64,000 nucleotides of DNA from Candidatus Oxydemutatoraceae bacterium. Lineage in GTDB: Bacteria > Pseudomonadota > Gammaproteobacteria > Poriferisulfidales > Oxydemutatoraceae. Shown one piece after another: positions 1 through 9,617 of the stretch. A program made the translations under genes and the position numbers. Under the pieces are notes generated by a model. It was given only the letters and a program-made list of their open reading frames with translations. It did no database searches and had not been told where the DNA came from. How positions within the stretch are numbered: position 1 is the stretch's first letter; the number at the start of each line of letters is the position of its first letter. The stretch is taken from the NCBI GenBank assembly GCA_965218975.1, contig OZ244717.1, positions 1,216,001 through 1,280,000 of the forward strand, read 5' to 3'.

Positions 1-950
1 CCCGGGTAAGTATAGCAGTGGCGGATCTTTCGGTGCCGTCGGTCAATACTTGCTCGATTTTGCCCGGCAAGACCGTTTGCACCAAGGCGACAAACCGAGC
101 CGCTTGGGTGCTATTGCCGCGAGGCACTGCCGACGAAGGCAAAGCGGCTTGAATGATCCGTTGCGGTCGGAATATAGCGTCGGCTGCCTTCAATAAAACG
201 GATAATAGTATCGAAAGCAACATAGTGTCCGACATGCTTGGCACCGGCTTTGCGATCTAGACGCGGGCGCGGCGGCTTACGTCGCAACGGTTTAGCTTGA
301 CCTTTGCGGTCCAAGCGCTGGGTGAGAAACGCATCCGATCCGAGGCATCTGAAATCAAGCGTCCGATCGTCGTCGCACTCGGACACAACAGACCTTGCTT
401 CCGGCACCACGGCAAGTGCAACACATAAATCTTGTCCCGTCCCTAGTGGGGTATCTTAGGCGCAGACGACGGATTTCCCGGGTCAGAGTTCGCGGCCAGA
501 CTCAACGTCGGCGTTTACGCGGCGTTCTGCTGCGGTCGTGCAAACTGCTCAACCCTCCCTTTTGTGTTTGTTGGCGGATTGTCGGCAAAGTGCCTGTCGT
601 CCATGACGAGACTTAGTTCTGTCAATGAGCGCCAGCCCCGACGTCCTTGTCGGGTCGTTCGCCGCTGAAAACCGATCGGTTTTCCGGGCGCGTCTCACCC
701 TGTCGATAGGCCAGGGCGCCATGCATACAGCATCGAACGACTGATCTTGAACGCGTTCGGGAGTTACAACCATCCCAAAATAATAGAGCATCATATCTCT
801 GTTGAAGCTTAGAGCGCTCATGAGCCTCCATTTTTGAAGCAAAATTGGCTCATATAGAAACCTTTGATGCGGTGGCCGATATGCTGGTATTACATGTCGG
901 TCACCTTTTTATTGACGTCCAAGAATCCAGTATGTATCTGGATACGTACA
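1..950 (-). mobile_element. Defective IS481-like element, nested in another copy and cut by the window start
   Basis: Left end TGTACGTATCCAGATACAT at 950. Broken transposase frames on the minus strand: QHIGHRIKGFYM, AYRQ|GGLSSLHDRSRTPRK, EIRRLR, GHYVAFDTI..RRY..TATDHSSRFAF, VLTDG. R cassette inserted at 560-702. Confidence 0.8.
560..702 (+). repeat. R cassette copy (core 601-702 plus tail)
   Basis: CCATGACGAGAC...CCCGAC-GTCCTT-GTCGGG...GAAAACCGATCGGTTTTC...GTCTCACCCTG. Confidence 0.95.
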
Positions 951-1484
951 GGGTCAGGCGCAGGAATGCGGCTGCGTTGCGGCTGTTACAGCGGTTGGTT
1001 GCCACTGCTATTGCCATTCGGGTATAGACATTGATGGCCGTTAAGCGTAGCGGCGCACTCCGCTGATAACGCACAATCGTATCCAGGGCGATGCAATGCC
1101 CCGGATACTGTGCTTTGAAGTGTTTCGGCTTGCGTGCCCTGCAACGGCGCTTAAACGGATCAGGTTTTGCGGCCGGGGCCGCCGATGCCTCTTGCGCGGC
1201 GCTTTGCCGCGGTCATGCAAAGCGCTGAGTCCGGTGCGGCGATAACGCCAGCGCCAGCGGTACAAAGTACTGCGACCGACCTTAAATGCGCTCGGGAGTT
1301 ACAACCCTCCCAAAATGAGAGCAGCATATTTCTGTTGAAGTTTAGAGCGCTCATTAGCCTCTATTTTTGAAGTTAAACAGGCTCATATAGAAACCTTTGA
1401 TGCGGTGGCCGATGTGCTTGATATTGCATATCGGTCACCTTATTATTGACACCCAAGAACCCAGTATGTATCTGGACACGTACA
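951..1484 (-). mobile_element. 5' part of a defective IS481-like element, interrupted by the element at 1-950
   Basis: Left end TGTACGTGTCCAGATACAT at 1484. Fragments match the 40715-41188 transposase region (HCIALDTIVRY, NAAAFLRLT). Confidence 0.8.
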
Positions 1485-1499
1485 GAATAGAGGATACAG

Positions 1500-1769
1500 A
1501 TGATAACCGTTCGTGATATTGTTACAAGAGTAGTAGCAGAAAATAAGGATGATATGTCTTTTGCAATTAAAGCTTTAGTTAAGAATGAATCTGATGACAC
1601 AGAAGTGTATGTTGAATTGCAGGGTTTAGATAATGATGGCTTTGAAATATATGACATTGGACTAAGAGGAACAATCCCAATCGGTGCAAGCAAGGTACTG
1701 ACTACCAGAGAAGATTATGTCGATAAAGAGCTATTTGGACAAATTATAGATTGGCAGCAGAAGTATTAG
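1500..1769 (+). CDS. Small acidic hypothetical protein
   Basis: 89-aa ORF with GAGG RBS upstream and protein-like composition. Confidence 0.6.
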   Translation: MITVRDIVTRVVAENKDDMSFAIKALVKNESDDTEVYVELQGLDNDGFEIYDIGLRGTIPIGASKVLTTREDYVDKELFGQIIDWQQKY

Positions 1770-2186
1770 AAAATCATACTATGCACCTTCCCACCCCGCT
1801 GGGGGCTTAAGGTGGCAATTCGGATTCTCTTAATTGCGGGGGTAATTAGATGGTACAAAAAACATGTTTGATGATTGGCTGATGCGGCTGGCGGATTCAA
1901 GACAGTTCATGCAGGTGTTGTGCAGAGATCTTAGCAAGGTGTTGATGTCTAATTCCAATGAAATCGCCGGTTCTAGTAGCAGAGGAATCTGATCCGGCAA
2001 AGTGGTTGTCGAATACATGCAGACCGCTAAGTAATAATGCTTTTACATCATCGATAAACTTCTTCTCGCACGATGCGGTTGGAATCGTTTCACACTACTC
2101 ATTGAAGCAAAAATAGCATCAATGAGTTTGCGCAAAGATCTACGCATCAGGCAACCCGATTATGTACAAACTCATATCCGAAGTGT

Positions 2187-2753
2187 TTATACTCGCTTCC
2201 CCAACGGTCCGATAAAAAGCTTCGCGATCCAATAAAAAGAAACAGCGCCTAAAATGCACAGCAAATATATTCCCAGTTTTTTTTGCTCATCCGCTAAATA
2301 ATAATTGCAAAGACGAACGGGAGATTCAAGATACAACCAAGCCAACACTGCTAACATGCTAACAGTATTTGTCATAACGAATGCTTTTGTGCTGATACCT
2401 AAGCTTCCCCATGAGAGGGCGAGAGGAATTCCTAACAGAAACGGTAATGTAACAAACTTCGCCGCAATATATCCGGCTTGTTCAAGTGAGGCATCCAACA
2501 TTCTGGGGAGCATCCAAAACATCAATGTGAATAAAGCAACCAGAAAAAGCGGCAGCGCAATGTGATAGGGGATATGCAGTTGCCTGCTCTTTGATAGATA
2601 ATTGCCTACCCATACCCCGCATATCGCAAGCAGCGGTATTTGGATTAACACATGGCTGACCATCTCTCGCTCTAATAGGGATCGGGCACCGGGTGTGGCA
2701 AGGCATATAATCAATAGCAGAGCAAGAATCGCTTGATTACGGGAGTCCCTCAT
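2187..2753 (-). CDS. CtaG(caa3)-like membrane protein; 'orf1' position of a norSY-senC-orf1 cluster
   Basis: Multi-TM protein with HVLIQIPLL and FWMLPRMLD segments, directly downstream of SCO. Start uncertain (2753 or 2795). Confidence 0.65.
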   Translation of the reverse strand: MRDSRNQAILALLLIICLATPGARSLLEREMVSHVLIQIPLLAICGVWVGNYLSKSRQLHIPYHIALPLFLVALFTLMFWMLPRMLDASLEQAGYIAAKFVTLPFLLGIPLALSWGSLGISTKAFVMTNTVSMLAVLAWLYLESPVRLCNYYLADEQKKLGIYLLCILGAVSFYWIAKLFIGPLGKRV

Positions 2754-2830
2754 TTTTCGTTTCCCCAAATATCTCCTAAGTTGGAAATAGTGCATAGCTC
2801 TGATGCCGATGTCGATTTTACAAAGTGTGA

Positions 2831-3430
2831 TTAAGATTCTTTCAGATGCTGCAAAATTAGCGCCGTTGATTCATAATCATAAATTTTTGCAAGTTGACTT
2901 GCCGCATTCACCAAGTGGACTGCACTGTTATGCTCATACTGTCCGTTCGGTGCAGGAATGACAACAATGCCAAACGCATCTAAAAGATCTTTTAAACGCC
3001 GCTTATTTCTGACAGTGGCAAATCTCCATGCGGATACATCGGCTTTCATTGCTACTGCGTAGCTCTTCAATGCGTTAGGAGTATCTCTATCGGGGTCAAA
3101 ACTGAGCGTAAGAAGCATGGCTCTTCCTTTCATGGAGGAATGCTGTAACTCTTTATACAGCTGTTGAATTTTCCGCGTGTTAATGGAACAAACAGCGGCA
3201 CAATGCGTAAATATGAAATCAACTAAGACAACTTTACCTTTATAATCCTGCATCAGGAATATTTCTTCCTCCGCGTCAATTAATTCAATAACAGGCAAGC
3301 TAATCGGATGGTTCTCAACATTGAGTCTTCTTACCCCTTCTGAAGTAAAAGCCTTGAGCCCGTTGGTAAAGAAGAATAAAAACGCGGCGCCGATGATAAT
3401 AACGAATATTGTGTTTTTAACTGTTTTCAT
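2831..3430 (-). CDS. senC: SCO/SenC copper chaperone
   Basis: FIFTHCAAVC (CxxxC), SFDPDRDTP, distal His (EHNS), N-terminal TM. Confidence 0.9.
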   Translation of the reverse strand: MKTVKNTIFVIIIGAAFLFFFTNGLKAFTSEGVRRLNVENHPISLPVIELIDAEEEIFLMQDYKGKVVLVDFIFTHCAAVCSINTRKIQQLYKELQHSSMKGRAMLLTLSFDPDRDTPNALKSYAVAMKADVSAWRFATVRNKRRLKDLLDAFGIVVIPAPNGQYEHNSAVHLVNAASQLAKIYDYESTALILQHLKES

Positions 3431-3500
3431 ACGATGTTGCAAGAACAAAGTTCTCTCAGAAACCTATTTCTAAGTTATTAAAGATTACTTTGCGCAAAGC

Positions 3501-3713
3501 CTATCGCGTGTTTAGAAATGAGTCCATGATCGCGGCTGCAACCGAGATGGTTGGGTGTGCAAGCATGATGGTCCAAATTTTGCCCGAGTCAACCTTATCT
3601 TCGAGCTTGCCGATGTCAATTTTGATACCAGCTTCTAGCTCAGCTTGATTGGCTTTGAGTTCTTGTTGTCGCTGACAGATTGTTTCTAAGGTAACTTCCA
3701 TCGCAATTTTCAT
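3501..3713 (-). CDS. Small coiled-coil protein with hydrophobic C-terminus, possibly a remnant
   Basis: 70-aa ORF with a heptad-like N-terminus and a hydrophobic tail. Confidence 0.35.
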   Translation of the reverse strand: MKIAMEVTLETICQRQQELKANQAELEAGIKIDIGKLEDKVDSGKIWTIMLAHPTISVAAAIMDSFLNTR

Positions 3714-3833
3714 TATAGGTTAATTTAATAAAAAATGGTCCCTAACAGCCCCTGTCCCTACGGAAACATAATCCCGCGTGGCAAGATATTGATACTGAAG
3801 CGCGGTGCAGGGGACGAAAAGCCGTCTTCCGAC

Positions 3834-4612
3834 TGTATAGGTCCATAACATTTGGCACTCCGGGTGGGGAGTCAGGAGCGATTGTATCGGGGATTGCAAC
3901 CCCAGTGAATGATGGGGGCGTTGGGTGTTGTAAAACACCAGCCATTGCGCCAATTCCCGGTTAAAGCAGGGGCCATATCAATGAACAGGAGCTTCTCGCA
4001 AAGAAGCTGCGCGGTAGTCCGTGAATGATTCCTGCAAGGTGCGGTTGAAGGTTCAACGTGCGCGTTCATCTTTGGCGACTTCGGGTAGGTCCACCAGTGG
4101 GTGGTCCGGCGCTGTTTCAACTCGGTCTCGAAGTCCTTCATAAACTCCGAGCCGTTGTCGGACAAGATATAGTTGATCGGTTTCGGCACCAGTTCACATA
4201 ACAGCCGCAGGGCGTGTGCGCTGCGCCGGTTGCTGCGGGTAGTGGAAGCCCCCGCGAACGCAACGCGCGAGCGCGGGTCAATGAAGGTGAACACGTAGCG
4301 GCGGGTGAGATGCGCCCGGAAAACCGATCGGTTTTCAGCGGCGAACGACCCGACAAGGACGTCGGAGCTGGCGCTCATTGACAGAACCAGGTCTCGTCAT
4401 GGACGAGCAGGGTGAGACGCGCCCGGAAAACCAATCGGTTTTCAGCCAGGTCTCGTTATGGACGACAGGCACTTTGCTGAGCATTTACCAACAAACACAA
4501 AACGGTTTCATCCGCTCGAAGACTTTACTGTTGCCGAGGTTCGCCAAAGCTGCCGAGATTCGTCCGGCACAGACGTTTGATTTCACGTTGAATCGGTTGC
4601 GGCTGCATAAGC
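3834..4612 (-). mobile_element. Mosaic IS481-like remnant: type-B 3' half, two R copies, then a type-A internal segment
   Basis: End TGTATAGGTCCATAACAT at 3834. Integrase core RRYVFTFIDPRSR..ILSDNGSEF..YPKSPKMNAHVE and C-terminus YNTQRPHHSLG..CQMLWTYT, frameshifted. No left end found. Confidence 0.85.
4303..4497 (-). repeat. Two tandem R cassettes (second one internally deleted)
   Basis: Core 4303-4402, linker, then a copy from 4408 with a deletion near 4446, then the tail. Confidence 0.9.
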
Positions 4613-4825
4613 TCGCTTGAACATCGCGATGCTGCTTAAATCGAGTACTGAAAAATCGTCAAAAGTCTATGTCATAACTTAAGATGAAAAGTTTTGCGCA
4701 ATAGTAAAAATTGCCGACAACTGCTTAATTAGAATGCCGCTAATATGATTATTCCGACGGCCTAAAAACTATAACCGAAGCATAAGAGCAGAATAAAACG
4801 TTAGGCATTATTAGTATGCACTTGT

Positions 4826-6262
4826 TTATACGGTATTTGATCTTAACCGAGAGATAAACCGCAACGTAAATACACTCGCGCCAAGTATGACAAAGACGGC
4901 GACCACCGTCGCAATATTTGCGTAGCTTTGCCATTCGGGGAAATGCACCGCGAATCTTCTCGCAACTCCTTCCTTGCCTGAAATCAGAAACATAAAAACA
5001 AAGGCGGTTCCGGCAATCGTATATAACCAAAATCCTCCGCGGTCAATCGCGGTATCTGCGCTATTGTTCTTTTCTTTGATGAGATAATACATGAAGCCAA
5101 ACACCATCGCGACCATACCCAAAATCAAATAAAAATGGAAATGGCCCGGTACCCACATCGTGTTGTGCATCACTTGGTTGATCGTAATTGTTCCGTCAAT
5201 AACCGCCGGGATGACTCCGCCGGCCCATCCGAAGATAGAAAGAAATAGCAAGCCGGAAGCTATGTCCCATCGAATACCGGAGCGGTAGACAATGGCCAAA
5301 GTGCCGATAGTCGTGACCAGCAAGACCGGCAATCCGCTGGCATAAGAGATGATTTGCCCCATCGCCAGCATCCAAGTGGGCATTGCAAAGTCCATAAACA
5401 AATGATGCGGGTACACAATCAAAACCATGAAAGTTGATGCCGTCCATGCCGCTAAAAACACTTTGTTGGATTTCCAGGGCCGATGAGTATAACGAGGGAG
5501 TATCTCGTAAACCGCAATGACCGCCATGTAGATCGTCGCATTTATAAAGGTATGTCCGAAAAAGTATATCAAATTTTTGGCAAGCAATGCATCAACCTCG
5601 AAAGAAGGCACGAGTATGTTAATGATCATGATTATTAAAATAGAAGCCCCCGCCACCAATGCCAAAGTATTTACAATAACAACCATCGTGCTCGCGATGA
5701 CTGTGGGCGAAGGCGCATTACCATTATCTCTACCGAACAGCTGAGGCCACCCGAGCGACTTCGCGAAACTGCCGTGCTCTAAAATTAACGCGCGACCGGC
5801 ATCCAAATAAAATAATACGAATCCTATACCGATTACTAATAATCCGGATAAAAACAATATTGCCGCTTCCGGAGACCATGCACCCATGGACTGACCGGGC
5901 AACGGAAACAAAAAAGTCCACGCCGCTCCGAATTTGCCTAAAAAAACGGCGGTTAGAATGCAGACAACACCGACTAAAAACAGCAGCAGATTGGCAATTA
6001 AAATCTCTGTACGCAGTTCAACGTACTGACGCAAAAAATACCACATGATTGCTGCGCCGCCCAAGCCTGCGATACCCACCATGCCAACTCCGTGCGCTGT
6101 CATGAGCTGATAGAATAAAGCTGGTGCAAGTGAAAGCAGACCGCCTTGCGCTGCACGCATAATGAGCCCGATCAACATCATAAGAACAACGACCAGACCG
6201 AAAATAGCCACATAGGTATAAATCGTTCTTTTGCCGCCCGCCGGTATCTGTAAGATATTCAT
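4826..6262 (-). CDS. norY: Heme-copper oxidoreductase subunit I, B-family-related, sNOR-type (NorY-like)
   Basis: His ligands TAHG, FGHTFIN, YPHH and GHFH. Asn sits where oxygen reductases have the cross-linked Tyr. Start at MNILQ follows an AGGA RBS. Confidence 0.75.
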   Translation of the reverse strand: MNILQIPAGGKRTIYTYVAIFGLVVVLMMLIGLIMRAAQGGLLSLAPALFYQLMTAHGVGMVGIAGLGGAAIMWYFLRQYVELRTEILIANLLLFLVGVVCILTAVFLGKFGAAWTFLFPLPGQSMGAWSPEAAILFLSGLLVIGIGFVLFYLDAGRALILEHGSFAKSLGWPQLFGRDNGNAPSPTVIASTMVVIVNTLALVAGASILIIMIINILVPSFEVDALLAKNLIYFFGHTFINATIYMAVIAVYEILPRYTHRPWKSNKVFLAAWTASTFMVLIVYPHHLFMDFAMPTWMLAMGQIISYASGLPVLLVTTIGTLAIVYRSGIRWDIASGLLFLSIFGWAGGVIPAVIDGTITINQVMHNTMWVPGHFHFYLILGMVAMVFGFMYYLIKEKNNSADTAIDRGGFWLYTIAGTAFVFMFLISGKEGVARRFAVHFPEWQSYANIATVVAVFVILGASVFTLRFISRLRSNTV

Positions 6263-6279
6263 ATATCCTTCCTCTTTTT

Positions 6280-6804
6280 TTACTCGGTGACAGTTATTTC
6301 GGAAACCATTGCATGATGCGCAAGACCGCAAAACTCCAAACAAAGAATACGGTACTTTCCCGCCTCCGGATATGAGACGAGGAGATCGTTGGTATATCCC
6401 GGCATGGCTTGTGTTTGCGCAATTATATTCAGGTCCGTGTCATAGACACCAAAGCCATGATTGACGTCTGCAGAAGTCACTTTATATAAAACGGGTTCCT
6501 CGACTTTCGCCGTCAGGTCACTAATCTCCCAATACCATTGATGACCAACGACATGAACTGATTTTGCGGCTTGCGAATAGGATTTTGTCGTAGGATAGGG
6601 CATTTTCGTTAGCGTGTACCCGATAATCGGAACGATAATTAGTAAAACCAGAAAGAATAATTTACCACGTAGATTGCGAACGCTTTCTTGGACGGATGCA
6701 TATTCCGCATTGTTCGCAGGAGCATTTTTTGCAACGGTAAGAAAACAGATTGCAAGTAACGTTACAAGCACAAGAGTAACTACCCACGATATTTCCTGGT
6801 ACAT
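6280..6804 (-). CDS. norS: CuA-containing subunit II (NorS-like)
   Basis: GHQWYW, SADVNHGF and CLEFCGLAHHAM CuA motifs, 2 TM, GGAG RBS. Confidence 0.8.
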   Translation of the reverse strand: MYQEISWVVTLVLVTLLAICFLTVAKNAPANNAEYASVQESVRNLRGKLFFLVLLIIVPIIGYTLTKMPYPTTKSYSQAAKSVHVVGHQWYWEISDLTAKVEEPVLYKVTSADVNHGFGVYDTDLNIIAQTQAMPGYTNDLLVSYPEAGKYRILCLEFCGLAHHAMVSEITVTE

Positions 6805-6932
6805 ACTACCCTCCTGTTTACATGTCAAAGGCGGTTAAAATCGAAAAGTTGCCCGATGATTCTCTTTATCGCTCCGACTCGTTTATAACACGAGGTTATT
6901 ATACATAATCAATATCCCTCGTGGATATGGAG

Positions 6933-7662
6933 TGTATAGGTCCATAACATTCGGCACGGCGGCTGTCGACCTAAACCGGCATGTGCGGTCGGTGCATCCC
7001 AGATTGAAAGCGCACGATCGCATGCCGGGCGATGCAATGTCCCGGATACTGCGCTTTGAAGTGTTTCGGCTTGCGTGCCCTGCAACGGTGCTTGAACGGT
7101 CGTTTTGTTTTGCTGCGGAATACAGCGCATTTTATCCGGCGCACAATCGTGCAGGCACTCGGGCCAGGGTGAGACGCGCCCGGAAACCCGACCGGTTTTC
7201 AGCGGCGAACGACCCGACAAGGATGTCAAGGCTGTAGTTCATTCGCAGAACCAAGTCTCGTCAGCTCAAAGACTTTACTGCTGCTGAGATTCGCCAAAGC
7301 TGCTGAAATTCTGCCCGGCGCAGGCGTTTGATTTCACGCTGAATCGGTTATGGCCGGACCCGCCGACGCCGTTTGCGCGGCGCTTTGCCGCGGTCATGCA
7401 AGGCGCTGAGTCCAGTGCGGCGATAACGCCGACGCCAGCGGTACAAAGTACTGCGACCGACCTTGGATGCGTTCGGGAGTTACATCCTCCCAAAATGAGG
7501 GCAGCATATTTCTGTTGAGCCGTTGTGCTCATAAGCCTCCATTTTATTAGTTAACAAAGGCTCATACAGAAACTTTTGATGCGGTGGTTGATGTGCTGAT
7601 ATTGCATATCGGGCACCTTTTTATTGAAAAGTATCTGTCCGGTATGTATCCGGCACTATGTA
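6933..7662 (-). mobile_element. Internally deleted mosaic IS481-like element with one R cassette
   Basis: TGTATAGGTCCATAACAT end at 6933 and degenerate left end TACATAGTGCCGGATACAT at 7662. Type-A transposase fragments. No TSD. Confidence 0.8.
7165..7263 (-). repeat. Diverged R cassette
   Basis: CAGGGTGAGACGCGCCCGGAAA...ACCAAGTCTCGTCA. Confidence 0.9.
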
Positions 7663-7753
7663 AGAATCGTACATATATTTGCCTTTTATGTGTGCGAGGC
7701 GGTATAATTAATCGTTTGATTTAAAACTGTTGTCATTCGTATTGGGGGTGCTA

Positions 7754-8620
7754 ATGCTGGGAAAACTACCGATAGTCGCGCCTGTAGCCGTACCGGCTGC
7801 GGGTAGTCGTGATAGTTTTATTGCCAGAGCATACGACTTCTCGGTGCTTGACGCCAATGAGGAGTATGCTCTTGCTATTCGCTATCATGAGTACAATGAT
7901 CTGGAAGCCGCACAAAAATTAATCGTACACAATATGCGGTTCGTTATTCAAATTGCTCGCGGCTATGGTGGTTATGGTTTGCCTTTATCCGATTTAATCC
8001 AGGAAGGTAGTATTGGTTTGATGAAAGCGGTAAAGAAATTTGATCCTGATATCGGTGTGCGCTTGGTTTCGTTTGCGGTCCACTGGATTCGCGCTGAAAT
8101 TCACGAATTTATTTTACGCAACTGGCGTATCGTCAAAGTTGCCACAACTAAAGCGCAAAGGAAATTATTTTTCAACCTGCGTAGTATGAAGAAACGGATT
8201 GCATGGCTTAATCAAGAAGAGGTTCGGGAAGTTTCCAAACAACTTGGGGTCAAACCCGAGGAAGTCATTGAGATGGAATCTCGACTGAGCGGTAAAGATG
8301 TCTCGTTTGATCCGCTAATAGAAGACTCTGAAAGTGAAGAATCCTATACTGCCCCGGCGGCTTATTTGGCTGACAGCAACGCCGACCCGGCACAATTAGT
8401 TGAAGACGCCGATTGGCGCGATGATTGCCAACGCCGGTTTCAAGTCGCATTACAGAAAATTGATAAAAGGAGCCGGGAGATTTTGAAAGCACGCTGGTTC
8501 AGTGAAAACAAAGCGACATTGCAAGAACTTGCGGAAAAATATCAGGTTTCTGCGGAACGGATTCGCCAGATTGAAACCGAAGCAATCAAGCAGTTACGTA
8601 AGTTAGCTGCCGCCGCTTAG
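7754..8620 (+). CDS. rpoH: RNA polymerase sigma-32
   Basis: DLIQEG region 2, RpoH box QRKLFFNLR, region 4 SAERIRQIE. Start 7754 or 7730. Confidence 0.95.
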   Translation: MLGKLPIVAPVAVPAAGSRDSFIARAYDFSVLDANEEYALAIRYHEYNDLEAAQKLIVHNMRFVIQIARGYGGYGLPLSDLIQEGSIGLMKAVKKFDPDIGVRLVSFAVHWIRAEIHEFILRNWRIVKVATTKAQRKLFFNLRSMKKRIAWLNQEEVREVSKQLGVKPEEVIEMESRLSGKDVSFDPLIEDSESEESYTAPAAYLADSNADPAQLVEDADWRDDCQRRFQVALQKIDKRSREILKARWFSENKATLQELAEKYQVSAERIRQIETEAIKQLRKLAAAA

Positions 8621-8663
8621 TTTTACTACTTTTCTACTCGTTAAGGGACAGTGAGAAAAGCCT

Positions 8664-9539
8664 CTATACTATACTTACTAGTAATGGGAAGTAGGCATCG
8701 AACATCAAGGCTGCAAATAGAACCAGCAGATATAAAATTGAGTAGGTGAAAGTATTTTGCGCCCACTTTTTTGACCGCGTGATTTTTAGAACGATAGTGT
8801 GATAAATAAATATCGCATTCAGCAGTAATGCTCCGAATAAGTAGATTATCCCTGATAGACCCAGCGCAAAAGGTAGAATCGTTACAATAGTTAGAAGTAA
8901 AGTATAAAACAGCACGTGCGTACGAGTTAAGTCTTCCCCATGGGTTACCGGCAGCATCGGCACTTTAGCGTCCTTATAATCATCCACACGGTATAGCGCC
9001 AGCGCCCAGAAATGAGGCGGAGTCCACACAAAAATAATTGCAAATAAAACCAGCGCCCCAACATCGACACTGCCGGTAACGGCAATCCAACCTAATAGCG
9101 GTGGCGCCGCTCCCGCAGCACCGCCGATAACAATATTTTGCGGAGTAGCATATTTTAGATAGCGAGTGTAAATTACCGCGTATCCGACTAACGAAACTAA
9201 TGTCAGTATTACAGTCAAACCGTTTGTCCAGATACCCAATATTATGCTGCCGAGAATGCCGATAATCAGTGCAAAAAGCAAGACCTGCCTTTTAGTCAGC
9301 TGTCCCGAAGGAAGAGGCCGCGCTTGGGTTCGTTTCATTACTGCATCAATTCGATGATCTGCTGCTTGATTGATTGCGGCAGCGGCGCTTGCAACTAGCC
9401 CGATACCTATTGTACCGGCAAAGATAACACTCCAAGAAATATTCCCGGGGGATGCTATAAACATGCCGACCAATGTGGTAAACAGCATTGTTGCCACAAT
9501 TCTGGGTTTACATACTTCTAAGTAGGTTTTCCAAGCCAC
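8664..9539 (-). CDS. ctaB: Protoheme IX farnesyltransferase (heme O synthase)
   Basis: KPRIV, D.VMKRTQARPLPSG, WTPPHFWALA. Confidence 0.95.
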   Translation of the reverse strand: MAWKTYLEVCKPRIVATMLFTTLVGMFIASPGNISWSVIFAGTIGIGLVASAAAAINQAADHRIDAVMKRTQARPLPSGQLTKRQVLLFALIIGILGSIILGIWTNGLTVILTLVSLVGYAVIYTRYLKYATPQNIVIGGAAGAAPPLLGWIAVTGSVDVGALVLFAIIFVWTPPHFWALALYRVDDYKDAKVPMLPVTHGEDLTRTHVLFYTLLLTIVTILPFALGLSGIIYLFGALLLNAIFIYHTIVLKITRSKKWAQNTFTYSILYLLVLFAALMFDAYFPLLVSIV

Positions 9540-9617
9540 GGCGCTTATACAGTAATTTTAATTTTCATGATGCGATAACATATTTAGTGATATGAAATAA
9601 TGTCGCGCGTATTTCAA

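Noticed and set aside
601-702. R as a group II intron remnant or a protein-coding module
   Set aside because: No domain V-like motif. The many short ORFs over R use different frames and strands and are broken by indels. Its minus-strand TTGACA has no -10 box at proper spacing.
1790-2170. Possible pseudogene between the 89-aa ORF and orf1
   Set aside because: Short broken frames with no identifiable family.
6899-6912. FNR/NnrR box upstream of norS
   Set aside because: Only one half-site (TTGAT) matches.
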